NCBI GenBank assembly: GCA_965603825.1
Contig: CBFDEM010000041.1
Coordinates: 558,001-622,000, forward strand
Reading direction: 5' to 3'
Source of the DNA: Blepharisma stoltei ATCC 30299
Taxonomy: Eukaryota; Protista; Ciliophora
Length of the DNA stretch: 64,000 nt
Shown: positions 23,360 through 33,815 of the stretch, piece after piece
Layout: each line of letters starts with the position of its first letter
Numbering within the stretch: position 1 is the stretch's first letter
The notes under the pieces: generated by a model
Told to the model about the DNA's origin: nothing
What the model saw: only the letters and a program-made list of their open reading frames with translations
The model's database searches: none
Made by a program: the position numbers and the translations under genes

Positions 23360-25582
23360 ATGAACCAGCTAGTATCTCCTTTTGAAGTCTATGTAAGAAT
23401 CAGACCCTTAACAGAAAAAGAAATCAATAACTCCTCTAATGATTTAAGCCACTATTTGAAACAAGACCCTTCATCAAGCGAAATCCTATTTAAAGAGCCT
23501 GGGACTTCCCAATTCAAGAAATACACATTTAACGGCGTATTCCCAGAAAATATCACAAATCTTCAAGTCTATACACTTACAGTAAAAAAATTAGTCCAAT
23601 TTATAAAAGAAGGCTACAATTCTACTTGTTTTGCATACGGGTGCACAGGTTCTGGAAAAACACATACAATGTTCGGACATATGAATTCAAAAGACAATGA
23701 ACCTGGAAATGTAATTCATGCTTTACAAGAATGCTTGGAGCTGATACAAAATAACGAAAATAGCAAGCTAAAGCTGAGCTATTTAGAAATTTATAATGAA
23801 AAAGTTGCTGACTTATTGTCAGCTGGAGATCCAAGAAATTTGATGATAATTGAAGATTTTCAAAAAGGAATCCAAGTCCCTGGACTAAGCGAATTTGAAA
23901 TAGTAAATTTAAAGGATGCATATAATTTAGTTATAGAAGGAAATCAAAAGCGAGTAAAAGCACCTACCTCTGCTAATGAATTATCTACTAGGTCTCATGC
24001 AATATTACAGTTTACTTTAGAACAAAAAATAAGTTCTGGAGAAGTTTTATCATCAAAATTAAGCTTAATTGATCTTGCAGGGAGCGAAAGAGGCTCTGCA
24101 AGTGAAAATAACAGCCAAAGAATGGTAGAAGGGGCAAATATAAACAGATCTTTGCTTGCATTAGGTAACTGCATTAATATATTGAGTGGAGAAAAGAAGA
24201 GAGCGTGCCATGTGCCTTATAGAGACTCAAAGCTTACAAGGCTTCTTAAAGATTCTTTAGGAGGAAATACAAGGACAATTATGATCGCTTGTATATCAAA
24301 ATCATTTACAGCTTATGAAGAAACACTGAACACATTAAGATATGCCCAAAGGGCATCAATGATTACCACAAAGTTGACAAAAACAATGAAAGATCTTTGT
24401 ACAGGGGATTATAAAGATATCATCAAAAATCTCAACATTGAGATTGAAAATTTAAAAAATCAACTTAAAAATGCCCCAGCCAAAATCTCCTCCACAATTG
24501 AACCTGAAGACGAGTCACTCTATGACTCTCTTCAAAAACAATTGAACGCCAATCTCAAAGAGTATTGGGAGTGTCAAAACGACCTCAAAGAAATCAAATC
24601 TGATAAGAAGCAAAGCAAAGAAAAATTAATGCAGCTTATCAACGAACTCACACAAGAAGACACAGAACTCGACCAATATGACAAAGAAAACATAGAAAAG
24701 GAAATTTTAGAAATCGGCCAAGAAATCAGAGAATGCAAAGAAAGAAAGACTGAAATCAAGCAAGAAATTATAAATAACCTAAAAAAGAAGCAGTCGTTAC
24801 AGAAAGAAATGGACGCAATAAAAGATGAAAAACAAAGGGAAATTATTAAGCTACAAATTGCTTTAAGAGGGCTAAAAAGAGAAAAAATGGATCTTTATAA
24901 CGAAAATTTGAGAAATAAAGAAAAGGCTGAAGAGTTGTTGGTGGAGAGTGAAAATAAAGACAAAATAATCGCGTCAATGCAGAATGAGATTAATTTCATG
25001 AAAAGACAGCTTGTTGAGCATCTGGCTTCAAAAGAAATACAGTCCAATGTGTCAACGCCAAGCAATAAGCCAATAATAGCTAAAAATTTTGACAGCTCAG
25101 ATATATCTGGGATAAGTGAAATTCGTTCATCAACCCCCAGTTTTTCTGACTATAGAGAAGCCCGATTTCAGAAAAAATATGCTCAAATGATGAATCTTCC
25201 AGAAAGAGGCTCTTGTGACCTGTTTTCACGGCCTGATCTCTTAATGAAGTCAAGGTCATCTTCAGCAACTCCAAAGTCAGAGAATTTTATCCAAGAATTC
25301 AAAAGAAAAGAAACCAGAAAGAGCACTGAGGTGAAATGCATTTTAATTTCTAAAGGTCCAGGGACTATTAAACGCCCTCCTTTGTCTTCAAGAGCTTCAA
25401 GCGCTAGTAAAAAAAGAGCAAGCCCTTTTGAAGTAGGGATGAAAGTATCTGCTAGCCATGAAAATCTTGCTGGTAAAATATCAAAACTGCCTCAGAAAAT
25501 AATGCTGCCAAATGAAGCTGCTGATCTTGTGAAAAGTATGATTCAAGCGCCAGGGACTTTAGGGAATAAAAATGTTTGGTAA
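23360..25582 (+). CDS. Kinesin motor protein, kinesin-8-like
   Basis: YGCTGSGKTHTM, STRSHA, DLAGSER and HVPYRDSKLTRLLKDSLGGN, followed by a coiled coil. Confidence 0.93.
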   Translation: MNQLVSPFEVYVRIRPLTEKEINNSSNDLSHYLKQDPSSSEILFKEPGTSQFKKYTFNGVFPENITNLQVYTLTVKKLVQFIKEGYNSTCFAYGCTGSGKTHTMFGHMNSKDNEPGNVIHALQECLELIQNNENSKLKLSYLEIYNEKVADLLSAGDPRNLMIIEDFQKGIQVPGLSEFEIVNLKDAYNLVIEGNQKRVKAPTSANELSTRSHAILQFTLEQKISSGEVLSSKLSLIDLAGSERGSASENNSQRMVEGANINRSLLALGNCINILSGEKKRACHVPYRDSKLTRLLKDSLGGNTRTIMIACISKSFTAYEETLNTLRYAQRASMITTKLTKTMKDLCTGDYKDIIKNLNIEIENLKNQLKNAPAKISSTIEPEDESLYDSLQKQLNANLKEYWECQNDLKEIKSDKKQSKEKLMQLINELTQEDTELDQYDKENIEKEILEIGQEIRECKERKTEIKQEIINNLKKKQSLQKEMDAIKDEKQREIIKLQIALRGLKREKMDLYNENLRNKEKAEELLVESENKDKIIASMQNEINFMKRQLVEHLASKEIQSNVSTPSNKPIIAKNFDSSDISGISEIRSSTPSFSDYREARFQKKYAQMMNLPERGSCDLFSRPDLLMKSRSSSATPKSENFIQEFKRKETRKSTEVKCILISKGPGTIKRPPLSSRASSASKKRASPFEVGMKVSASHENLAGKISKLPQKIMLPNEAADLVKSMIQAPGTLGNKNVW

Positions 25583-25699
25583 AATACCAATTATATTAAA
25601 AGGTTAATTATTAACTTGCGTTATATAATTATTCAACTAAATCTGTGCTATTTAAATTAGATGGCAGAATCTTGATCCTTAAATTAAAACATGCTTATT

Positions 25700-27106
25700 T
25701 TATGGGATAGTTGGGTCAATTCCAGCTGGAAAAATAATTTCAGCAAGTGTCTCAGGCTGCTCTACCTTAATCCTATCCAAAATATTATTCATCTTCTTCA
25801 TTCTCTCATCAATTTTCTGTTTCTCTTCATCTTCTTCCTTCAGCTGCCTTTCCAGCTCTGTCACATCTACAGGTGGCGGCAGCTTTTTTGGCAAATCAAA
25901 CTCTACCTTATTATCTTTTTCTACCTTTCCTTTCCCCTTTTTCTTTTCACTATTCTTTTTCCCCTTATCTTCCCTTTCCTTTTCAATTTGCTGCTTATGC
26001 CACAACTCTGAATACTGACTTTCCCTTGCTGGGTTCTGGTCATCATTAGCCCACTTAATGCTCAGCATTTCATCATAGTCTAGAGCTTGATTTGTCATTG
26101 CTTCTTTCGCAATTTCTGCATAGCACCTATGATAATACTTTATAAAAGCAATGCATTTTTGAGGAATAAACGTGACATCTTCAACCCTTCCTCATATAGA
26201 AAAATGCCTCCATAACATCTCATTTACCTGCTGAATTGGGTCATCTCCAGGTGGTAGCTTGATATCAGACACATAAAGAGTCCTTGATTCTTTTTGAAAA
26301 CAGCCGATTCCTTGCATGTCATCTCGGTGATTTGCATGTCTGGTTCTCCCAAAAATGTCTTTAATTGGCTGGATTTTTTTGCATTCTTCTAAACTCGGCA
26401 TGTGGTGGAAAAATCGACAGTTTGCCCCTTCACTGCAGCAGCCTCTAATAAAATGCAAGCACAAATAAGCAGTTTCTGGCTCGTATATGTCAGCCTTGCA
26501 GTAGCCAATATCTTTTATAGGGTCACATCGAGTAGATGCAGGCGCTCTTTCTTTGACTCCTCTATCATTAAAGTATTTATCATACCAAATATTATATTCG
26601 TCATCTCCTTGTTTATAGGCATAATCTTTATTGTAAGATTTTTCTATTTGTTTCCTTGCTGGTCTTTTTAAATAGTTTTTGCCTTCTAGCCAATCAGAAG
26701 GTCTAATTAAATGAGAATATTTAGCATGCTTGTCTTTAGGCTGGAAAAGGTCAAGAAGCTCTACGTTTTCTCCTTCTGGGCCTGGGGCAGCTTTTGCCCA
26801 GATTGGTAGTTCCCATTTTGTTTCTTTTTCGTAAGGGTCATAATAATATGCTTTCTGGTGCTCTTCTGAGTAATAGGAAAGCCACACCTCTGTCGCAAGA
26901 AATATATCTGTAGGGTTATTATAGTGATGAAGCTTTTTATTGAGTTCTAATGGCAAATCATTAGGAAGCAGCAATGAGATTTTGTCAAGAGGGATTTGTT
27001 TTTGTTCGTGGATCGCTACAACTATGTCGTTGACTGTGGTGTTTCTATCTGTTGGCATTGTGAGCAAAATTTTGCCATCGCCTTCTTTGACTCTAATTTC
27101 AGTCAT
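25700..27106 (-). CDS. CWC2: Splicing factor Cwc2 (Torus/CCCH + RRM) with N-terminal UBL-like and WW domains, 468 aa
   Basis: RPARKQI, YNIWYDKY, CLHFIRGCCSEGANCRFFH, DIFGR, RTLYV, RHFSIWG (W=TGA at 26192), AKEAMTNQAL and IKWANDD. Confidence 0.92.
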
Positions 27107-27131
27107 ATTTATTTTATAGTAAAATTTTTAA

Positions 27132-28967
27132 TTAAGATGCCAAACTTAGCTGTATATTTGCAGCCCTGTCTATAAGCCACCTCATTTCTTTAGGAGATGG
27201 GATGAAGTTTACAATGATTCTTCCTTTGGTGTTCTTTAAGCTTTCGCAGGCTTGATTATATTTATCAGTCAAATATTCATTTATTACAAAAGATTGAACT
27301 TCTTTACTAATTGAAAAGTATTTGTCAGTGTCATTTGTCACTTTCCTTCTTCTCTTTGATTTCTTTTGAATATCCTTAATGATTTTCCCCACAACTGAAT
27401 TCCATAGCTTTACAAGCTCTCCATACCTATTTTTTTTAGTTTCTTGGTATTTTTTCCAAGTTGTCTGTATTAATACAATTTTTTTGAAAAAATCCCCAAA
27501 GCAGTTCCTCACCATATAATTCGTTTTACTCGACTTTATGCATAAAATCAGCTGACCATCAGTTTTTGGTTTTATAAATAATTTCCCTACAAAGCCAGTA
27601 AGAAGCAGGATATTCCTTGCCCTAAACTTTTGAGTTGGCATGCCCCTAAACTTTGTTTCTACCCAGTTTCTATACGCCCTCTGTATTTTCCAAGCAGAAA
27701 AATTCCTCATTAATTTTTTCACTTTCATTTCTCGCCTTTTTGCAATGAGATCAGTAATTGTTTGTATGCTTATGCATAGATCAATCAAGCTGAACCAAAA
27801 TTTATGGCATTTCAATATGCTGGACTTTTTTTCTAAAATTTGCCTTTCCAGCTCTTCTTTTTCTTTTCTTGTCATATGTCTATTTATAGAGTCAATCGTT
27901 CTCTGCTTTTTATAGACTTCATAATTATGTTTCCTTTCAGTTGCTTCTTCATGCCTCCTGTCTCTTTTTTCAGTGCTGGACCTTAAGGTGTCTGCTCTAG
28001 CTTCATTGTCTACCACATTAAGGTTCAGCTTTACGAAATTTTTATTGTGCCCGGTTTCGTACATTTCTCGTTTTCTTTTTTCTAATAAAGTGTTTACTTT
28101 ATTTAAAAAATCATGCCTAAGCTCAACATCATTTTTAATCTGCTCTAATGATAAAACACTTCGAGATTTCGCAATGTTTCTTATGCTCATGGACCGTCTT
28201 TTTATTGGGGATTCTTTTTGCTGCCCAAATGCCACTCTGATTATATATTTAGTATTGATGAGTGCGAAAAGAGACATGTAAATATTTTCACAATTAAATT
28301 TCATCCCTGGCTCTGCAAATTGGAATTCTTCTGTCCTAAATTCTTTTTCACAAAGCTCAGCACATGGCTCAGGCGTTGTTCTTGACACATAAGCAGCAAG
28401 TTTTCCTCTTTGAGTTATTTTGACCCTTAATGGGCATCTTTCTCCTCTTACAGGAACATAAAAAAACTGTGCTTCCCCCGTGTCCAAAATTCCTTCAATA
28501 GATTTTTCATCTGTTAAGCAAATTCTTCTTCCAGAAAACCCTTGATTTGACACAATTTTATCAAGCCTGTCAATGATCCTTATATAATCATTATTTGTTT
28601 TTCTATGGATTCCTTTAAATATTGACTGTTTCTCAGGCAATCTCTGAGTAGATGCACTGAGATCTTGATAACTACTCCCAGCTCTGAAGTTTTCTCTGTC
28701 TGTTAATGAGCTGATCTCACCAGGAGCAAGTTCTTTTAAGGCTACCAAATTGATTTTATAAGTGCTATTGCTGGGAGATGAAGATTTCGTGTTTTTCTTG
28801 TCAATAGGAGTTGAGTGGATGTAGCGTCATGATAACTGCTTTCGAAGCTCAGTGTTAAATAGTCGTGAGGAGAATGATGCAGTAGTTTGAGGCCTGGATG
28901 ATTCTTTCCCGCAGTCTGGAGTAGTGCTCCTGCATAAACGAGATTCTATGTCTGAATATTTATTCAT
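27132..28967 (-). CDS. IQ-motif coiled-coil protein, 611 aa
   Basis: ATG at 28967 and one TGA=Trp. IQ-like motifs AWKIQRAYRNW and IVLIQTTWKKY. Confidence 0.75.
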
Positions 28968-29132
28968 TAATTCTTATTTCAAATTATTCTACCTTGCTTG
29001 ATTTTAGAAGTTTAATTTAAAAAATATTTTAATTAATAGCCTTTAAGATTTCAGACGATTTTTAACTGAGAAAAGCTGCTAATTTTTACTTTTTAGGCTA
29101 GCTATATCGTTAGATCACATTTAGTTTCGTGT

Positions 29133-29495
29133 ATGGCTATAAATATGGTAAAGAAGCTTGATCGTCTTTATAGCAGAGCTGTATTTCTCGGGTTCAGAAG
29201 AGGAATTACTCTCCAAAACGAAAACCAAGCTCTCCTAAGAATTGAAGGTGTTAAGACCAAAGAAGACGCAAAATGGTACATCGGAAAGAGAGCTGCTTAC
29301 GTTTACAGAGCTCATAAAGCCCAAACCAAGAAGAACAAGCTCACCAAGTATAGAAGCATCCAAGGAAAAGTTATTGCTGTTCACGGAACTAATGGTGTGG
29401 TCAGAGCCAAGTTTGCCCATAATCTTCCACCTCAAGCTATTGGAAAATTGGTCAGAGTAATGCTTTACCCTAACAGACCAGCTATTACTCATTAA
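29133..29495 (+). CDS. RPL35A: 60S ribosomal protein L35a (eL33); start may be the ATG at 29145
   Basis: RLYSRAVFLGFRRG, ALLRIEGV, HGTNGVVRAKF..NLPP and RVMLYP. Confidence 0.97.
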   Translation: MAINMVKKLDRLYSRAVFLGFRRGITLQNENQALLRIEGVKTKEDAKWYIGKRAAYVYRAHKAQTKKNKLTKYRSIQGKVIAVHGTNGVVRAKFAHNLPPQAIGKLVRVMLYPNRPAITH

Positions 29496-29732
29496 CTAAT
29501 CACATTTTAGGAATTTTTTATTTATTGTTTTACTTGAATATATAGTTAATTATATGCAGCATAAGCTATTTGTGTTGAAAGAATAATTTAAGAATATTTC
29601 TGAAGATTGACTTCTTTAGGAAAAGATAGGATTTTTGCAAATTTCTCTCATAAATTAAGATAGCGCAGATGGCTTAACTTGAAGAAGCATTTTTAATTAT
29701 AAATATATCATTATTTAGAATTAAAAAACTCA

Positions 29733-30254
29733 CTAAGCGAATCTGCAAAATAAACTGGTTTTCGATCTTTGATGCTTTGTCTTTCTGAATTTTAATATTT
29801 TAATTAAATCAAAGTCAGAAATATTGATAATTTTCAATATCTTTGAAATAATTTCTTCCCCTTCAGAACTGAGCTTCGGTGTCATTGTAATCAATTTCAC
29901 AAGCATTTGTATAGCTTCATTATCCTCTAGGATTTTATTATGTGCAGATTCCTCCCTTTCATTTTTTTTCACTTCATTTTTTAAAAAGTTAATTTGGAGG
30001 TTCTGCAATTGGAACATTTTTTCTTGCTCCTCCAGCTCAAATTTTAAGTCAGCGATTTCTTGCTGCAGCTTTATGATGGTGATTGTATCATCATTTTCAC
30101 TATCTTTTGCGTCAAATAGTATTATTGAGGATACTGAAAAATCATTTTGGTCTATTTCGGGAGTTATGGATACGTCTGGCAAAAAATCCAAATCTATGTC
30201 ACTTACTTGAGTGAATATGTCATTCTTGTTATTTATAGTTTCTTTATACTCCAT
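29733..30254 (-). CDS. Hypothetical coiled-coil protein, 173 aa
   Basis: ATG-to-TAG ORF with a heptad-rich centre. Confidence 0.6.
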   Translation of the reverse strand: MEYKETINNKNDIFTQVSDIDLDFLPDVSITPEIDQNDFSVSSIILFDAKDSENDDTITIIKLQQEIADLKFELEEQEKMFQLQNLQINFLKNEVKKNEREESAHNKILEDNEAIQMLVKLITMTPKLSSEGEEIISKILKIINISDFDLIKILKFRKTKHQRSKTSLFCRFA

Positions 30255-30451
30255 ATTTTAGTTTATCAGAATAATGGTCATTTAAAAATAAATATATAAT
30301 ATAGCTTTTTTTAACTCTTAACTGGTTAATTATACTGAATAAAGACCTTAATATAAATTTTAAAAGCAGTATGGAATAATATTGCAAGAGAAGAAAAGAA
30401 AATATCATGTAAAAATAGCCATGACAATTTGGCATTTAGTGATAAGACAAT

Positions 30452-32710
30452 TTATAATTTAGGAATTGGATTATAATAAGCACTTAAAAATTTCCTAGCT
30501 ACTTTCAATATTTTCTGTTGTGACTTGCTCATATGCTCCTGCCTGAAGTCGATTTTTTGTTGAATATACATAATGTACTTATCTTCTCCAGTTTTTTCTT
30601 CCTCTTTGAAAAACTTTAGCCAATAAAGATACGAATTTGGCTTGGTCATATCATTCTTTTTCACCTTATTCAAGTCTCTAATCGACGTGCTCATTGTCTC
30701 CAATATATCTCCTACTTCTGTTATTTTTCTGATCAGTTCTACGTCAATTTTTGTTTCTCCTAATAAATCACATAAAAACATAAGGGTCGCGCACATTTGT
30801 TTTTTTCTGTATTCAAAAAAGTCATCAAAGCTCAAGTCGCCATCTTGTTTAGCCCTGATATTTGAAAATAAAACAGTTTTGGCTTCTCTTCTTATCTCTT
30901 CAGCGAGCACATTGGAATTTTGTACAGTTTGGCTGATCCAGCCATCAATGTGGTAGTTAAAAATATTCCAGAGCTCTCTGACTAGGTAAACAGCGAATTC
31001 TATATATGAATCAGCTCCTTTTACTAAGCGGCCTAAAGAAAGGTCATCTCTCTGTGTAATTGCTAAGAAAACTTGACCTACTTTATGGATATCCCAGCAG
31101 TTGAGAAGACTAATAGAAATTAAATCAAGCCAAATGCAGAGGAATTTCATTTTGTTTCTCAGCTCCGCATTTGCTCTTGGCAGTTTTGGCTCAAATCTGA
31201 CGAATTCCAGCATGGCTAAAAAATTGATAATCCACTCATACTTGTGTCTTCCGAACAATTTTTCATGAATATCCATGATTAACTCCGTAGAAAACGGCTT
31301 GGCTTTATTATCAATCACAATGTGAATTCCATGCAGAGTTGGACAGTCAAACGCAATACTCAGCTTAAAAGGAGGAATTCCATCAGGAATATCTACATAA
31401 AAGGTATTTAATGCGTTTTGCTGGCCTTTTTGTTTTTTAGCCAATGTATGCAGCTGATGAGCTGCTAAATATTCAAGTGCTGTTTGATGGGTTATTGACT
31501 TTCTCTGTTTCATATATTCTACTACTTCGTCTACAAGCTCACTAGGGACTCCTGCAGCTATTGCAATATTTTTTGCATGCAAGCCCATATGTCCTCTCTG
31601 TATTCCTTCAGTTACCATCGCTCTAAGACTAGAAAAATTACAAGCAAGCCCTACACTTGCCATGACCTGCGCCAGTTCTAATGCAGAAGGAAACCCAAGA
31701 ATATACTGTGTGGTCTGATATAAAGAATTTGACTTTAAAGCACCGCCTTGTGTGCCGACTGCTATTGGGATTTCGAGCCTTCCGTAAAAAAAGTTACCTT
31801 CAGTCCAAAACTCGGTAAGCGGCTGGTAATTTCCATTTCTGCAGCACCATGCGTGGGCTGCGGCTTCTATTCCTCTAGTATCTTGGCCTGTAGCCAAACC
31901 GACTGCGTCAATTCCATTTAAAATTCCTTTATTGTGAGTGCATGCTCTATATACACTGAGTCTTGCGAACTCTAAAGCTTCTATCATTCTTTTTGATACG
32001 TCTAAGCCAGGCAAACTTTTATAGGCCATATCTTCTATTGGAATTCTGAATTCTGTTATTACTCTTCTTTGTGTGCAGTAGTTTGATAGGATTCTCAGCC
32101 CAGTTCTGCAATTCGGGATAAGAGCTAAGACGTCCTTTGCTAAGTTTTCACATAATGAGTTCACAATGTTTGCACCCATAGCGTCACAGACATTAACAGA
32201 AATTTCCACAATCCCCATTACAGCAGAAAGCTGAATAAAGGCTATATCAATCACTCCTCCACCCCTGATAACCATTCTTGGGCAATATTCTTGGTTAGCT
32301 TTCTTTATAAGTTTTTCTTTATGTGACTCAATGATTGTTTTCGCATCAGTCGGCTCAATATCAAGAAGTTGGATTTGGCCTGTCATGATGGGTGCTGTAG
32401 AGCTTGATTTAAACCCACCGTGCTGCTTGATTAACTTTGCAGCTGACGTAGCTGCAGCTACTATAGAAGGCTCTTCTGTGCACATAGGGACAATATAATT
32501 TTTGTTGTTTACTTGAAAGTATAATCCTAGTCCTAAAGGGAGAGAAAGCCGACCTATACAATTTTCAATCATAAGGTCTGCAGTCTTTAAATCAAGACCA
32601 CCGTCTGAGATAGATCCATTTACCTGTGGGAATAAAGCGCGTATTATTTCTTGCCGCTCCTGGATGGTCTTTTTATGAAAGCCGGACATATGTGTGAGAG
32701 ATTCAGACAT
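30452..32710 (-). CDS. Class II (bacterial mvaA-type) HMG-CoA reductase with a C-terminal extension of about 330 aa
   Basis: MIENCIG, PMCTEEPSIVAA, DAMGAN, THNKGILNGIDAV, GQDTRGIEA and EGIQRGHMGLHAKN. No N-terminal membrane domain; first ATG at 32710. Confidence 0.93.
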   Translation of the reverse strand: MSESLTHMSGFHKKTIQERQEIIRALFPQVNGSISDGGLDLKTADLMIENCIGRLSLPLGLGLYFQVNNKNYIVPMCTEEPSIVAAATSAAKLIKQHGGFKSSSTAPIMTGQIQLLDIEPTDAKTIIESHKEKLIKKANQEYCPRMVIRGGGVIDIAFIQLSAVMGIVEISVNVCDAMGANIVNSLCENLAKDVLALIPNCRTGLRILSNYCTQRRVITEFRIPIEDMAYKSLPGLDVSKRMIEALEFARLSVYRACTHNKGILNGIDAVGLATGQDTRGIEAAAHAWCCRNGNYQPLTEFWTEGNFFYGRLEIPIAVGTQGGALKSNSLYQTTQYILGFPSALELAQVMASVGLACNFSSLRAMVTEGIQRGHMGLHAKNIAIAAGVPSELVDEVVEYMKQRKSITHQTALEYLAAHQLHTLAKKQKGQQNALNTFYVDIPDGIPPFKLSIAFDCPTLHGIHIVIDNKAKPFSTELIMDIHEKLFGRHKYEWIINFLAMLEFVRFEPKLPRANAELRNKMKFLCIWLDLISISLLNCWDIHKVGQVFLAITQRDDLSLGRLVKGADSYIEFAVYLVRELWNIFNYHIDGWISQTVQNSNVLAEEIRREAKTVLFSNIRAKQDGDLSFDDFFEYRKKQMCATLMFLCDLLGETKIDVELIRKITEVGDILETMSTSIRDLNKVKKNDMTKPNSYLYWLKFFKEEEKTGEDKYIMYIQQKIDFRQEHMSKSQQKILKVARKFLSAYYNPIPKL

Positions 32711-32947
32711 AGTGTTCAATTAATCAGTATTGTATTATTTATCACAATTTATATTATTAAAGTTTTAATATAATATCTCTAAAAAGATTTCAGAGGAAGT
32801 AATAGTGTTATTAATCTACACTAAATTCGGTATTTCCTTCTAGAGTCTTCTAAGAAATAATATTTTCATTCATTATTTTTCTCATGAATATTTGTGAAAT
32901 TAGATATAAATGCGACTAATAAATAGAGCTATATCAAAGTATATATA

Positions 32948-33262
32948 ATGGAAACCCAAAAAGCCAGCACTTTACCATCAAAAAACCCAATTGAGTGGCT
33001 TAATCAATTTTTAGAGAGCCCTAATCCATCAACAAAAGAAAATTATGAAGGTCTTAATAAACTGACCTATAGAACTGGGAATCTAAACACATTATACGAA
33101 ATCAAAGGCAAGCTTGAGCTATTACTTCACACAAAGCAAGAAATTGTGAATGGGTTTGAAAATTACCAGGCTGCTGAACTTGAAGATGAGGTCTCGTCTG
33201 AATCGACTTCGAGCGAGCATGGAAATGAGTATGTCCCGTTTTCAGATGAAGAAAACCAGTAA
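32948..33262 (+). CDS. Hypothetical acidic protein, 104 aa
   Basis: ATG-to-TAA ORF with coding-like composition. Confidence 0.55.
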   Translation: METQKASTLPSKNPIEWLNQFLESPNPSTKENYEGLNKLTYRTGNLNTLYEIKGKLELLLHTKQEIVNGFENYQAAELEDEVSSESTSSEHGNEYVPFSDEENQ

Positions 33263-33815
33263 ACAAATATTAAATAAAGCTTTTTGGTTAATAGTTATAT
33301 CATATACATTGTTTAAAAGCCTATATAGCAAAATGATACTTATTAAAGTCAATCTGATAATTGATTATCAATTTTTTATCTATCAAATTAATTTATTTCC
33401 TATCAAAATCATTGTCGATTTGTTTTAATCCTGGATGGACTCCCAGTCACTCTTAGCCAGCAATCTCTAAACGTTTATTTGCTCTTCTATCGCCATTAAT
33501 AAATCTATCTTCAGTTAAGTATTGAGCAAGTCCATTTGTTCCTACATTCTCTAGTCTTGTTTTATAATTAATATTGTTTTTATCCCCATAGTAAATTATT
33601 CCTTCTTGAATTTAATGTGAGAAATTATATATGACCCATAATCATTTTACTCTGACTTCAAATCACATAATAGGTACAGTCTTTTTGAATCTAGTGACAG
33701 GCAGCTCTTTTATCTGGATTAAATAAGGCTGAATTTAAGACTTTTAAGCCCTTTATTGAGCTAGAAGTGGCTAAAAGTCAGAAAAATTATAAGTTGTGAC
33801 TTTTATATCATAAAT

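Noticed and set aside
29468-29475. CCCTAACA, a heterotrich telomere unit
   Set aside because: It is a single copy inside the RPL35A coding sequence, with no array.
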